DNA of 64,000 bases from a virus (Duplodnaviria > Caudoviricetes). The notes under the pieces were generated by a model. The model had not been told where the DNA came from. It searched no databases and saw nothing but the letters and a program-made list of their open reading frames with translations. A program made the translations under genes and the position numbers. The DNA lies in IMG/VR virus record IMGVR_UViG_3300008266_000277, positions 826-64,825 of that record; one strand, given 5' to 3'. This document shows, one piece after another, positions 49,201-58,173 of this stretch (the first letter of the stretch is position 1; each line of letters starts with the position of its first letter).

Positions 49201-50592
49201 CTTTGCATTCTGATACTCCGCATATTCTTCTGGAGTTATGAATAAAGAAGATTTTCGTTTTTGAGGATTTTTACGAGCCCAGTTTACTGCATCCTGATAT
49301 TCTTTAACTGATGGATCAGTTGTATTTACCTCATCAATTATCCATTTATTCTGTTCAGGATCATAACGTTTAATTATTGTTTGTTCATTAGTCGCTATTT
49401 CAGGCAATGGTGTATTAACATCAATCGTCTGTGCTTTTCTAGTAGGCATTGTAATTGGTGGGAAATCATAGTATTCCTGAGAGCTTACAACGTTTCCATT
49501 TTCATCAACCTGATTTGTTTCAATATTTACTTTAGATGGGTTATTTACCTTAACCACATTAGATTTAGGTTTATTAATTATACCTAATTTTTCTAGTTTA
49601 GATTCAGGAATTCCTTTTGTACCATATTTTTTTACTCTTTTCTTTACCTCTTCGTCTGTAAGCATATCTCCTGGTTTAATTGCAACAGGATCATATCTAA
49701 ATGAATAAGAATAAGGCCTCGGACCTGTGTTTTCCATAGGTGCCATATCTCCCTCATATTGAGCAGCAATATATGGATGTTTCCAAGTAAAAGGTAAACC
49801 ATAATCTTCTAATCCTCCAGCAATCCAATCACTAGTTCCAATTAAATTTCCTTTCGTTTTTACATATGCAGAAAAGGGTTTACTCTTTTGCTTTTCTGCT
49901 TTATCTTGATTATATACAGCTTTTAGATGACTAAGAAGATCCTTACCTATCCAATGTGGAGAATGTTTTTTAAGATGCGTGGTATCCCACATATATTTAT
50001 TTTCTTTCATCCATTTATCAAGATATAAGCTTTGTTTATATAATTCTAAACTGTCTGCACGTGTAGGCACAGCAAATCCTTTTTGAGCTCTAGGTATACC
50101 ACCATCTTGTGAAGATCCACCTAACTGCATAGAACGTGGATCTTTTACAGAAAAAGCATTAGCTGGATTATGTCTTTCAGGATAAGGAGTAAGATCGACA
50201 ACATATCCTGCATCTCTATACATCTTTATTTCATCGTCAGTAAGATCCATAATAGTACCTCCTGCTTCCATTGTAGGACCCTCTATGACAGATGAATCAT
50301 AAGGAAATATATACTCTCCACCAGGCATCATATATTGCATCATACCTGTATCAGTACCTATGCCTATCAATGGTTGATCAAGAGGAGTGCCATCTGGATA
50401 ACTCATAGTAATACTACGACTATCTTCATTTAGAGGCACCTCTATGATTCTACCAACATTAGCAGGATCCCAATAACCATTAGGATCTACTTTAGGTGCG
50501 CCAGGTATTACAAACTTATCTTTAGGCCGCGCTATTTTCTTGGGCTCTTTAGCTGCCTTATGATCTCTGGACAGTTGGGACTTATTATACAT
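46258..50592 (-). CDS. Modular cargo protein (1444 aa) with C-terminal Cys-His amidase/peptidase-like and lysozyme/transglycosylase-like domains
   Basis: GNCLGSA...DSWE...SHHSGIVVG (papain-like CHAP/C39 pattern), then ALAETKGG...SQGITQINP (SLT-like); three LTDDEI..YRDAGY repeats; directly downstream of the muzzle gene. Confidence 0.6.
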   Translation of the reverse strand: MYNKSQLSRDHKAAKEPKKIARPKDKFVIPGAPKVDPNGYWDPANVGRIIEVPLNEDSRSITMSYPDGTPLDQPLIGIGTDTGMMQYMMPGGEYIFPYDSSVIEGPTMEAGGTIMDLTDDEIKMYRDAGYVVDLTPYPERHNPANAFSVKDPRSMQLGGSSQDGGIPRAQKGFAVPTRADSLELYKQSLYLDKWMKENKYMWDTTHLKKHSPHWIGKDLLSHLKAVYNQDKAEKQKSKPFSAYVKTKGNLIGTSDWIAGGLEDYGLPFTWKHPYIAAQYEGDMAPMENTGPRPYSYSFRYDPVAIKPGDMLTDEEVKKRVKKYGTKGIPESKLEKLGIINKPKSNVVKVNNPSKVNIETNQVDENGNVVSSQEYYDFPPITMPTRKAQTIDVNTPLPEIATNEQTIIKRYDPEQNKWIIDEVNTTDPSVKEYQDAVNWARKNPQKRKSSLFITPEEYAEYQNAKKRKAEIAKQFLKGMATGGTIMDLTDDQIKMYRDAGYVIEDMPSAQNGQTTSSPMSYFDRMQPYTDRFGNPIDLDKLKLQEGPVKFNYNEKTGIIQTNEGTFTPEQYIKEITPEGYSIAKIKSDFGENRYKYYYIGPDYEEVNKNLKMYSKGKETYPIYSNVPYDKRIQQWRAEDAAEEVPTQRTGGYVNKQITHFQDGGFTEKDRLKQKLLNRYPGFKKALGTEGENLHIIADPNFKAREHGYGDIEVMFPDVDQIDYTSDYTYKSPFPGDYVIPYNPNSSINKGDIFLDMLHLLRNDKGIEPYIDKFRTAAIDQRGGDIMWAWEEEKQNPDFINALESSGTNAFDQFEKNYIDGLLRSELSRLGMGRRTTDEGYKIERSTNSPEMRRAAKDIYKYLKTKQDGGNTDPGNNALELHMFYDKNKFQNGGTNILQTSNSPLDLFKANEFKPFIEDQPYTFAGRPGSYYKMVNGKMQIKNKDTDWKYVEMKDPTGKRYKTLLAGLESGSTKAYEKPTTTINDFYYSKEELKKQQVSDRAVQCLRDTDGNCLGSAFLYYDKYVAPNLGLKSSWELKEEAGLTSGKKGNPNYRNWGESIDSWELRGAFGDKAKQYYAAPLDNQYELYDKLQGMTDAEKDKYFRDMNLPIGTIIQGGFEGYDEDREMPGQSYNEEKGYVPSHHSGIVVGYDDYGTPIIYDYGGVRKITDPDNLLMSSDYAINNIYAPNQNVQQTYEYLKKGNKLRQNVTPLNIEIPGIGLLSDINEMQPFIDQLESNKQAVMDAFNLTDSEYNELSKIATATALAETKGGQDLGTFRYGIPTYLTDKMGLGESQGITQINPAAVWAKTDKDEWRDPGLVNRLEKFGITEDTYDPWNSKHQAIVTIGLTNSNLKTAKENASINPNVSKDLTDAELAYYQWNIPSALTTNDYEKAARGENENVKRYMNYYNIINTNKQKGGSVRYMSDDEIQKYRDAGYVVIEEPGNE
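46273..50271 (-). repeat. Dispersed protein-level repeat GG..(L/M)(T/S)DD(E/Q)I.(M/K)YRDAGYV, three copies
   Basis: Copies at ~50195-50271, ~49081-49161 and ~46273-46353. Confidence 0.85.
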
Positions 50593-53500
50593 TATCTTGG
50601 TGAATTAAGATTCTTAATATTAGCAATATTAAATAACATTTTAACACCTCCAGATATTCTTCGTCGAAGAAGTATAAGATTTCTGTAGTGTCTGAACTTC
50701 TTATGTTCCGTAGGATACTTATTATAATCCAAGTTATTTGGATTAAGTGTCCTTACATAACCATTATCAGCTGTGTTAAATATTACTTCGCTAGCATGTG
50801 GACCAGCAAGAACAGTAGTACCAGGAATTAATGGTCCTGTTGGTGGATAATCTGACCCTATTGGGAACTCACCTCTATCTTTTGTAATATCCCAGAACTG
50901 ATTAAATCTATACTTATTCTCTTCCTTAGAGTAAAGTATATCAATTGATGTCAGATTCACAATAGGATACTGTACCAAAAGAGTTGGATTATTTTTAGGT
51001 AAGATGTTTAATCGTAGCAATCCTGAACACTGTTCAGAGTTGTAAATAATTGCTTCATCAAAGTTAAAATCAAGCTCATGATATCTGTCGTAACAATTAT
51101 CTGTATATCTATAACATTCTAACTGATACTCTATACTTCGTAGAGTTGTCATCTGTTGTACTGTATTAGATAGAAATTCTATTTCAAAAGGATAATCAAC
51201 CCCATAGAAGTTACAGTATGAATCACATGCATAATTATGTAACCAGATGGAATTATTAAGTACAGATAAGAAAGTGTTCTTAGCAGGCAATAGATATGTA
51301 GGATGCCAATCGTGATATGATATAAAGTTACCTATTTTAGGATCATAACTCATAGTCCATGATGCATCATTAAAATATAATGGATCTCCAAGTTCTACTA
51401 TCTGACCTGTTTCATTAACTTTAAACTTATTACTTTTAAGATATGTAAGAGTATATGGTATATCTTTACGAAGAGTATAATCTTTTTTACAGAAGTATAC
51501 AAGCATGTTTTCATTATCGTAGACAGCCTGACATCCAATACCTATTACAGGATTATCTATAAGCTCAAACTCAGGAAAAGTTTCTGTAAGTTTGTACGGT
51601 AAGAACTGCGCAAACCACCACTTAAGATTACCTGGTAATGATATCTCTTGAATACCTTTCCCCCCTACAGCAAATATCTTACCCTGATTCTGTGATATAT
51701 AGAATATACCTACAGGCGTAGATACAATAGATAATCTATTCTGACACGATCCATAACCATAAGGCCTATCAGAGTTATCTAAGTACTGTAGTGGTTGATT
51801 AAATAATCCACCATCACCAATAGTAATACGTGTTCCTTGTTCCAAAGTCAGATTTTCTGATCCTAGGAATTGCATAGGTGATTCATCCTGAAATAAGATA
51901 AGAGCACCATTAAGATTAATGTTTTTAATAGCAGTAACCTTACTTCTAAAATCTCTGTAGTTAACAGGTAAAAATACTCTCCAGTAATCCTTCCTGCTTT
52001 CTAGTGCTTGAGGTAATGAATACAGAACCCTATTAGGTCTATATACATAACATGATTCTGCTATGTTTGGATTATAATCTTGGCGATGTGTATTACCCCA
52101 AGGTATTATATTATTGAAAAGCCTAGTAACGCTAAGACTGAAATCATACTTAAAGTAATTACCTGATTTGATAATTTCAGTACTAAATAATCTCTTAAGA
52201 TCTGTATCCTCATATGGGTCGTAGAATCTTTCAAAATCTTGTTCTCCCCAATCGCGAAAGCTAACATTAATAGAAGACTCTACATAAAAGTCGCGTACAC
52301 CTGAATTAAAAAGATACATGAAAGCATTTCTAATGACAAATAAACCATTAAAACTAATGGCAGCAGGCGCTCTATCTAAACATGCCATATCAGATGGAGT
52401 TGCAATATTTTGCAAGAAGCTAACGATTCCACCAGATGAAAATACGCTACTTAAGCTTTGTATAAAATCTGACCAATCAAAATCTTCTGTATTCATCCAA
52501 TATGTAGAAAATGGTATCATCTTATTTAGACGATAGTCATAGGGAGTTCCATCAGGTTGATTAAATAACCAGTTGTAGAAAAAGAACATTGTATTCTTTT
52601 CAGTGTATCTTCCTACATAAGTATCTCCATTAAAAAGTATACCAGTTACTTTAGACGCTTTATCTACTGAACATGTAGATACAGGTATTTGAATTATTGA
52701 TTCAATTTTGCCATACTGATTTCTAAAACGTTGTTTAAGACCAACGTAATGACAAGATGAATCTGATCTAAATGGTTTTGTTGGTTTTTTAAACTTGTCA
52801 ATAGTAGACAATGCATTATTATATTCATCTCTCATGTCAGCATACCCAACAGTAACACGTGAGTTATCTACTAATGTAGGATCTTTTATAATACGTTTAG
52901 TTTGTATAGCTACAGAACGAGATCTAAATAAGTTATTGATCCTATAACTTTGAGTCCAATCTTGTATGTATGGTTCTAGATATCTTGACTCAGACATTAC
53001 TGCACGCTTAGTTGCTACAGTTGGACTGTTTCCTGTACAAGAAGGCGCAACAAATCCTGTGTACCAACAATGTGAGTTATACTGAAGTGCATACTGTTGA
53101 TACTTACTTGCAGCTTTAATTAGTCTAATTGTAGAATCAATACCATCAACCATGTAGTTATAGAACATGATTGGTTTATTTAAATTTTGTATAAGAGTTG
53201 GTAAAGCGCTACTAGGTGTTTCTTCGACAGATTCTACAGTCATCGGACCTAGAGATCCTGGTACTATATATACACCGCTTTCTAAAGCATCAATAGATGC
53301 TTGAGTAGCAATAATACTTGCCTGTATAGCAACATCAGTTGGAGGAGGTGCAACAAGTAATGCAGTTTGTAAAGTCTCTAAAGTTGCATTTAGAGCAGGA
53401 AGTCCTGCTGCAACTGCAGCTTCATAAGCAGCATATGCAGAACCTGAACCCAATGGTTGTTGACCTGATGATGTAGGTCCAATCCAGTTACCTCCTAAGT

Positions 53501-55808
53501 TAATTGCACGAGTTGAATGCTGTTGTTTAGTTTTTTTACCATTCATAGATAGAACGGCAATACCTATACCAATAAGTATAGAAGAAAGAAAAGCAGCGTC
53601 TGTAACTAGTTTATGCTGAGGATGTTTATCTGGATAATCAAATGCACCTTCTACTTTACCTCTAAGCTCACCATATATTTTTATTTCAGTAGCAGATAGA
53701 TATGGATCATAAAACTGTGTGTCAGGACCGTGGAATGTGAAGTTCTTTCTGTTAACTTGATTATTAGGATCATACCCAACATAATTGTCATCATTATAAT
53801 CTGGTCCAGAGTTACCTGTTAAAGGTTCAAATGATACTTCTTCTTTAGAAATAAATGGATCAGGTCTAAGATCATTGTACGGATAGTTAGGATAGAGACC
53901 TTTACGATTAGTAATCAAGTTAACATTTGAATCATTATCTCCATCGATATCATATTCAAACATGTTATTGATCATACCTTTAGCTATAATAGTTTCATTA
54001 CCTGCACGTGAGCCACGCAGGATCTCATAGCCTACAATATTACCAATTGGAACTCCATCATTATCTACAGGTGGTCTGACATTTTCAAACTTAACACCCA
54101 TTACACGAATAAATCCACCACCAGGTCTATAGTGATTAGTTAAGGCATTTGCACCTGAATCTGTTGCGTTATCAGGAAATCGATGGTGACGTATAGGTTG
54201 ACCACATAAATCATATTGATTGTATTGTGTATCTGAGTAAGGTAAGCCTGGAGCAGGAATGCCAGATCCTGGACATGTAATCCATGGTGTAAGTGTTGAC
54301 CAACAATGTGAAGATGAATTCCATACTTCAGGAGAGTTATCGTCATAGAGCTCAGTTGATTCCCAATACCCCATGTTTCCTTCAGCAATAACAACACCGC
54401 CATTAGGTAGAGTTGTATTAGGAGTTGCTGTAACTATAGCAGTGTTTCTAACCTGCCATACTTTTATATCTCCTAATGGTATACCAGCATCTGTTTCAGG
54501 CTCTGCGTTATTTATATCACATGCGCTAGATATTATTTCTGTATCTGATGTATATGCAGGTCTACCTGGTATATGAAATGAAGGAGACTTATCTCCTGTA
54601 TTATAAATCCATCTGATAAAGAAGGTATACACCTCATCGCGCAGATACCCTACGTTGTTACCACCATCTCTATAGTATGTTTCAGGATATTCTACGTTAA
54701 CCCACTTAGTTACTATCTGATTAGCTAAAGGTTGGTAGTTAAAATCAAACTTATCTGTAGGACCTACTCGAAGTAGATAATTACCTGCTTCATAAATACC
54801 ATCAGACTTATCTGCAATAGATGTGCGAAGAGGAATATTATTAAGCGATATCTGAGGCCATGTGGTCTCTAATCCATCAATAGTAATCCTTGTCTGTCTA
54901 GTACTGTACACCCCTACCTTAGATGCTACTGTCTGTAGGTTAAAGAATTGTACTAATACAAGCTCAAACTGATCAAAGTTATCAGTATCCATTTCCTCTA
55001 TGATGACATCAAGGGAAGATGCTGTATTCCTATGAATAAAGAGTGGTTGTACGTTAGAAGGCATGAAGTAATCACTCACTCGTTGTTCTTGTACAGTATA
55101 AGCAACAACTACATAGTAAGAACCGTTAGGTACTAGACCACCACTAAAACCACGTTCTAATCTAACGCATGGTTGTTTCATTAGTGTTTCTAGTCGTAAC
55201 TTATCACAATCTATCTGATCTGTATTAGTACAAACTGTACAACCCTGTGCATCAGTAACGCAGTTCTGTACCCATGGTATGGGAGAGTCCTGATTAGTAT
55301 ACTCGTTATTAGAAGGATTGTCTACATCGATAGCAACATACCTATCAGGGTTAAGACCATCAGACCAATAGACATCAAACTCACATCTGAAGTTTTGTTT
55401 AGATACGCCAGTAATAAGTTTACCTCTAGTAAAGTTAAGACATAGCCCACTAAAAAGTTTTGTGTATTCGCAGGATTCTTCTCTGAATAACCCAACTTCA
55501 TGGTTACTATCATCATCCGTACTAAACAGCACATATGTATCAGCTTTAATATGCACAGCACCAATAATAGTCAAAGGTATACCTGTAGGTGTACCATCAT
55601 GAGTAATGGCAGTACAGAAGACATTAGATGCTTCATTACCTAGTGATCCTATATCCCCACTCTTAGAGTTATTGATAGCATTCCTAGCTTGCGTCCAAGA
55701 CTGATCATCTACAAGATAATTACCAACATCTTCTACTAGGGCTTTAGTAAACCCCTGTGCTTGTATACCCGTAGTATTAGTATTAGCCCCTCTTCTACTC
55801 TTAGCCAT
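50592..55808 (-). CDS. Tail stabilization / muzzle-like protein (1738 aa)
   Basis: ARNAINNS..G.LGNE.SN N-terminus, YWSDGLNP, YLRDEVYTF, GDTYVGRY, WTMSY....FISYHDW; position after the tube/ring genes as in crAss-like phages. Confidence 0.75.
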   Translation of the reverse strand: MAKSRRGANTNTTGIQAQGFTKALVEDVGNYLVDDQSWTQARNAINNSKSGDIGSLGNEASNVFCTAITHDGTPTGIPLTIIGAVHIKADTYVLFSTDDDSNHEVGLFREESCEYTKLFSGLCLNFTRGKLITGVSKQNFRCEFDVYWSDGLNPDRYVAIDVDNPSNNEYTNQDSPIPWVQNCVTDAQGCTVCTNTDQIDCDKLRLETLMKQPCVRLERGFSGGLVPNGSYYVVVAYTVQEQRVSDYFMPSNVQPLFIHRNTASSLDVIIEEMDTDNFDQFELVLVQFFNLQTVASKVGVYSTRQTRITIDGLETTWPQISLNNIPLRTSIADKSDGIYEAGNYLLRVGPTDKFDFNYQPLANQIVTKWVNVEYPETYYRDGGNNVGYLRDEVYTFFIRWIYNTGDKSPSFHIPGRPAYTSDTEIISSACDINNAEPETDAGIPLGDIKVWQVRNTAIVTATPNTTLPNGGVVIAEGNMGYWESTELYDDNSPEVWNSSSHCWSTLTPWITCPGSGIPAPGLPYSDTQYNQYDLCGQPIRHHRFPDNATDSGANALTNHYRPGGGFIRVMGVKFENVRPPVDNDGVPIGNIVGYEILRGSRAGNETIIAKGMINNMFEYDIDGDNDSNVNLITNRKGLYPNYPYNDLRPDPFISKEEVSFEPLTGNSGPDYNDDNYVGYDPNNQVNRKNFTFHGPDTQFYDPYLSATEIKIYGELRGKVEGAFDYPDKHPQHKLVTDAAFLSSILIGIGIAVLSMNGKKTKQQHSTRAINLGGNWIGPTSSGQQPLGSGSAYAAYEAAVAAGLPALNATLETLQTALLVAPPPTDVAIQASIIATQASIDALESGVYIVPGSLGPMTVESVEETPSSALPTLIQNLNKPIMFYNYMVDGIDSTIRLIKAASKYQQYALQYNSHCWYTGFVAPSCTGNSPTVATKRAVMSESRYLEPYIQDWTQSYRINNLFRSRSVAIQTKRIIKDPTLVDNSRVTVGYADMRDEYNNALSTIDKFKKPTKPFRSDSSCHYVGLKQRFRNQYGKIESIIQIPVSTCSVDKASKVTGILFNGDTYVGRYTEKNTMFFFYNWLFNQPDGTPYDYRLNKMIPFSTYWMNTEDFDWSDFIQSLSSVFSSGGIVSFLQNIATPSDMACLDRAPAAISFNGLFVIRNAFMYLFNSGVRDFYVESSINVSFRDWGEQDFERFYDPYEDTDLKRLFSTEIIKSGNYFKYDFSLSVTRLFNNIIPWGNTHRQDYNPNIAESCYVYRPNRVLYSLPQALESRKDYWRVFLPVNYRDFRSKVTAIKNINLNGALILFQDESPMQFLGSENLTLEQGTRITIGDGGLFNQPLQYLDNSDRPYGYGSCQNRLSIVSTPVGIFYISQNQGKIFAVGGKGIQEISLPGNLKWWFAQFLPYKLTETFPEFELIDNPVIGIGCQAVYDNENMLVYFCKKDYTLRKDIPYTLTYLKSNKFKVNETGQIVELGDPLYFNDASWTMSYDPKIGNFISYHDWHPTYLLPAKNTFLSVLNNSIWLHNYACDSYCNFYGVDYPFEIEFLSNTVQQMTTLRSIEYQLECYRYTDNCYDRYHELDFNFDEAIIYNSEQCSGLLRLNILPKNNPTLLVQYPIVNLTSIDILYSKEENKYRFNQFWDITKDRGEFPIGSDYPPTGPLIPGTTVLAGPHASEVIFNTADNGYVRTLNPNNLDYNKYPTEHKKFRHYRNLILLRRRISGGVKMLFNIANIKNLNSPR

Positions 55809-55819
55809 TATAATTCAGA

Positions 55820-56788
55820 TTATATATTTCTGTAAGATCCATAAGGACCAGGATAGCTTCTAAACATATCAAAGTACTTATAGTACTGTGCTTTTCTATT
55901 AGCTTCAAATAGCTTCTTAAGTTCAGCAAAGTTTGGAGTACTAACAAAAGATCTGGCATCATTGCGTGCACGTCTATGTCCATCCTCTATAAGCTGTATC
56001 TGCATCTGATTAACAACCTCACCATTCATGATAAGATTCTCCAGTATCCTCTTCTTAAGAGCATATTCGTAATATTCGTTTAATCTCTCATGATCTGGTA
56101 CTAATAGATTACCATTATCATCTTGTAAGTTACCCTGATAGTTCATGTAAACTTTGCCCGTAGGGAAATTAGTGTATAGATAACCATCTTTAATCCATGC
56201 AGAATAAGGGCTATCCCAATAAAGATTAGGGCAATCACAATCGATAGACATTGGATTAGCAAGCATCTTAAGAGGACGTAAGAACTTGTACGTTCTTGTA
56301 GCATAGGTTAGTGTTTGTACTAAAGTATATTCATTACCCTTACAATCTAGTTGCACACATGGTACAGGTACAGTACAGTTGCATGGATCTGTAGATGCAT
56401 TGCACACATGACATGTTATATTAGCTTGTTGATCTGTACATGTATCTATTGTTGCTGGCTGCCATTGATATTCAGGAGTCAACATTCGTTCTTCTACATG
56501 TGTACCTTGTGGTAATAAAACTTTCTCTTCATATTCACCACAGATAAGACCAAAGTTAAATACATAAAAGTCATCAGGTAATTTTACAAATCCCTTTTCT
56601 ACTTCTAATATAACTTCTTTAGTCTGATAGATTCTTAACCCAAGATCATAATTTACCTTACGAGCTATTTTAATTAAGGTCTGCGGTTGTATCATACCTT
56701 CTATGTCGAACTTCTCAAAGTCCATTGCAACATCAGAGACAAGATCATCAAATGTTCTGTATTTGAGTGTATAGTTATATCCTGCCAT
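55820..56788 (-). CDS. Tail tubular / ring protein
   Basis: LPDDF, Y..KDGYLYTNF.TGKVY.NY.G...DDNG.LLVPD pattern of crAss-like Ttub; precedes the muzzle gene. Confidence 0.65.
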   Translation of the reverse strand: MAGYNYTLKYRTFDDLVSDVAMDFEKFDIEGMIQPQTLIKIARKVNYDLGLRIYQTKEVILEVEKGFVKLPDDFYVFNFGLICGEYEEKVLLPQGTHVEERMLTPEYQWQPATIDTCTDQQANITCHVCNASTDPCNCTVPVPCVQLDCKGNEYTLVQTLTYATRTYKFLRPLKMLANPMSIDCDCPNLYWDSPYSAWIKDGYLYTNFPTGKVYMNYQGNLQDDNGNLLVPDHERLNEYYEYALKKRILENLIMNGEVVNQMQIQLIEDGHRRARNDARSFVSTPNFAELKKLFEANRKAQYYKYFDMFRSYPGPYGSYRNI

Positions 56789-57459
56789 TATCGTAATATG
56801 TTTTGTGAGTCATCAGAACTATCTACAGGTATTTGACCTGCAGTAATTATTTCTTTGATAGCAAATTGCTCTATCTCTGCAAATAGATACTCTGGTACAG
56901 GCATCTGTCTATCTTGAGCCAATGAGCAATTGTCTGTTTCAGAACATGAGTAAACAGAAATGTTTTCTTCAAATAAAGCTGTTACACTAACTGCTTCCCA
57001 GTCAACATTAGGTAAATACAGATAACCATCTAAGAACCAGTAATATTTATTCTTATTGTATTTGTATCCAGATGAGTGAGTAAGACGTACATATGCGCTA
57101 GGATATGTATGATATAAAAGTATAGATCCATCAACTGATGCTACTGTTCTAATAATAGGCCCATAAGCTCCATCAAGTACTGCAGGTAAACGATCCTTTG
57201 TACGCATAATAGTACAACCAGATTTAATCCCCTCACAACATGCCTCTACTTTATCTACTTCAATTAAATCTACACATGGTAGTGTTTTAAATAAGCTTTG
57301 TACGCGAAAGATTTTCATCTCATTATCCTGTCTACGGATAAGCATCTTTGCATACTTAATAATAACGCTGTAGATAAATCTATCAGTCATGAAAAGATCC
57401 TCCTTAACACCTTTAAGGACGTTTCTTACTCTAGATACAGCATCGTTAATTGTTGTCAT
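56788..57459 (-). CDS. Tail ring-like structural protein
   Basis: Likely start MTTIND at 57459; LPCVDLIEVD, RTKDRLP, YYWFLDGYLY, ALFEE. Confidence 0.6.
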   Translation of the reverse strand: MTTINDAVSRVRNVLKGVKEDLFMTDRFIYSVIIKYAKMLIRRQDNEMKIFRVQSLFKTLPCVDLIEVDKVEACCEGIKSGCTIMRTKDRLPAVLDGAYGPIIRTVASVDGSILLYHTYPSAYVRLTHSSGYKYNKNKYYWFLDGYLYLPNVDWEAVSVTALFEENISVYSCSETDNCSLAQDRQMPVPEYLFAEIEQFAIKEIITAGQIPVDSSDDSQNILR

Positions 57460-57460
57460 C

Positions 57461-58048
57461 TTACAAATCAAATTCGTTATATCCTTCAGATGCAATCTTG
57501 TTAACTTTTAACTTCTCATGCAATCTGTGTATATTTTCTTTAAACACTGTTGATACTTTTTGCTTAGAATCAACCTTAATGTATTTATTCCAATCTTCAG
57601 AATATTGCTGGGATGCTTTGCGTTTAAACTCTCTGTTACCAGAAAACATCCATATCTGTTTATTCTTAACCTTATACTTTACGAGGTAGTTGGTAAAGAA
57701 GATCTTCATTAACCTATTATCACTGTTCCAATTCTTATGTGTTGTAAGAATACCATACTGAGCAGACTTTTTATAATCTATATTTGGTCTGGTCATCATT
57801 GGAGAACAGCTGCCAATAAATATGTAACCTAAGCTTTCAGGTAATTCAACACCATCTCTGTATTCAATAATGCCTTCACCTAACTTAACATTATATGTAT
57901 TAATGATATTTTTGAAATCAGCGTAACTTATATCGTGCTCAGGAAACTTCTTCTTAAACCTCTTGTACAGTTTCGCATTTAATACATGCACACTCTTCTG
58001 TCTGAATCTTGGTGCTTTTACGTCTGGCTTCTTAAATACCTTGTTCAT
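57461..58048 (-). CDS. IHF/HU-like DNA-binding protein
   Basis: Basic 195-aa protein with I..YN...GII...GVELP..LGYIFI pattern; lies among the tail genes as in crAss-like phages. Confidence 0.6.
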   Translation of the reverse strand: MNKVFKKPDVKAPRFRQKSVHVLNAKLYKRFKKKFPEHDISYADFKNIINTYNVKLGEGIIEYRDGVELPESLGYIFIGSCSPMMTRPNIDYKKSAQYGILTTHKNWNSDNRLMKIFFTNYLVKYKVKNKQIWMFSGNREFKRKASQQYSEDWNKYIKVDSKQKVSTVFKENIHRLHEKLKVNKIASEGYNEFDL

Positions 58049-58058
58049 ACTATATAAT

Positions 58059-58089
58059 TAATATACGAAAAATAATCCATTTTAGCAAA
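58059..58089 (-). promoter_or_regulatory. Putative late promoter TTTG-N20-TATATTA
   Basis: Immediately downstream of a terminator and 10 nt before the ATG at 58048. Confidence 0.55.
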
Positions 58090-58097
58090 TATAGTTA

Positions 58098-58130
58098 AAT
58101 AACAGAACCCTGAGAAATTAATCCCAGGGT
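58098..58130 (-). terminator. Rho-independent terminator
   Basis: Minus strand ACCCTGGGAT-taatt-TCTCAGGGTT followed by ctgttattt. Confidence 0.6.
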
Positions 58131-58173
58131 CCCTTTGTCAATCGCAGAATAAACCAACAAACTACGACATTTT

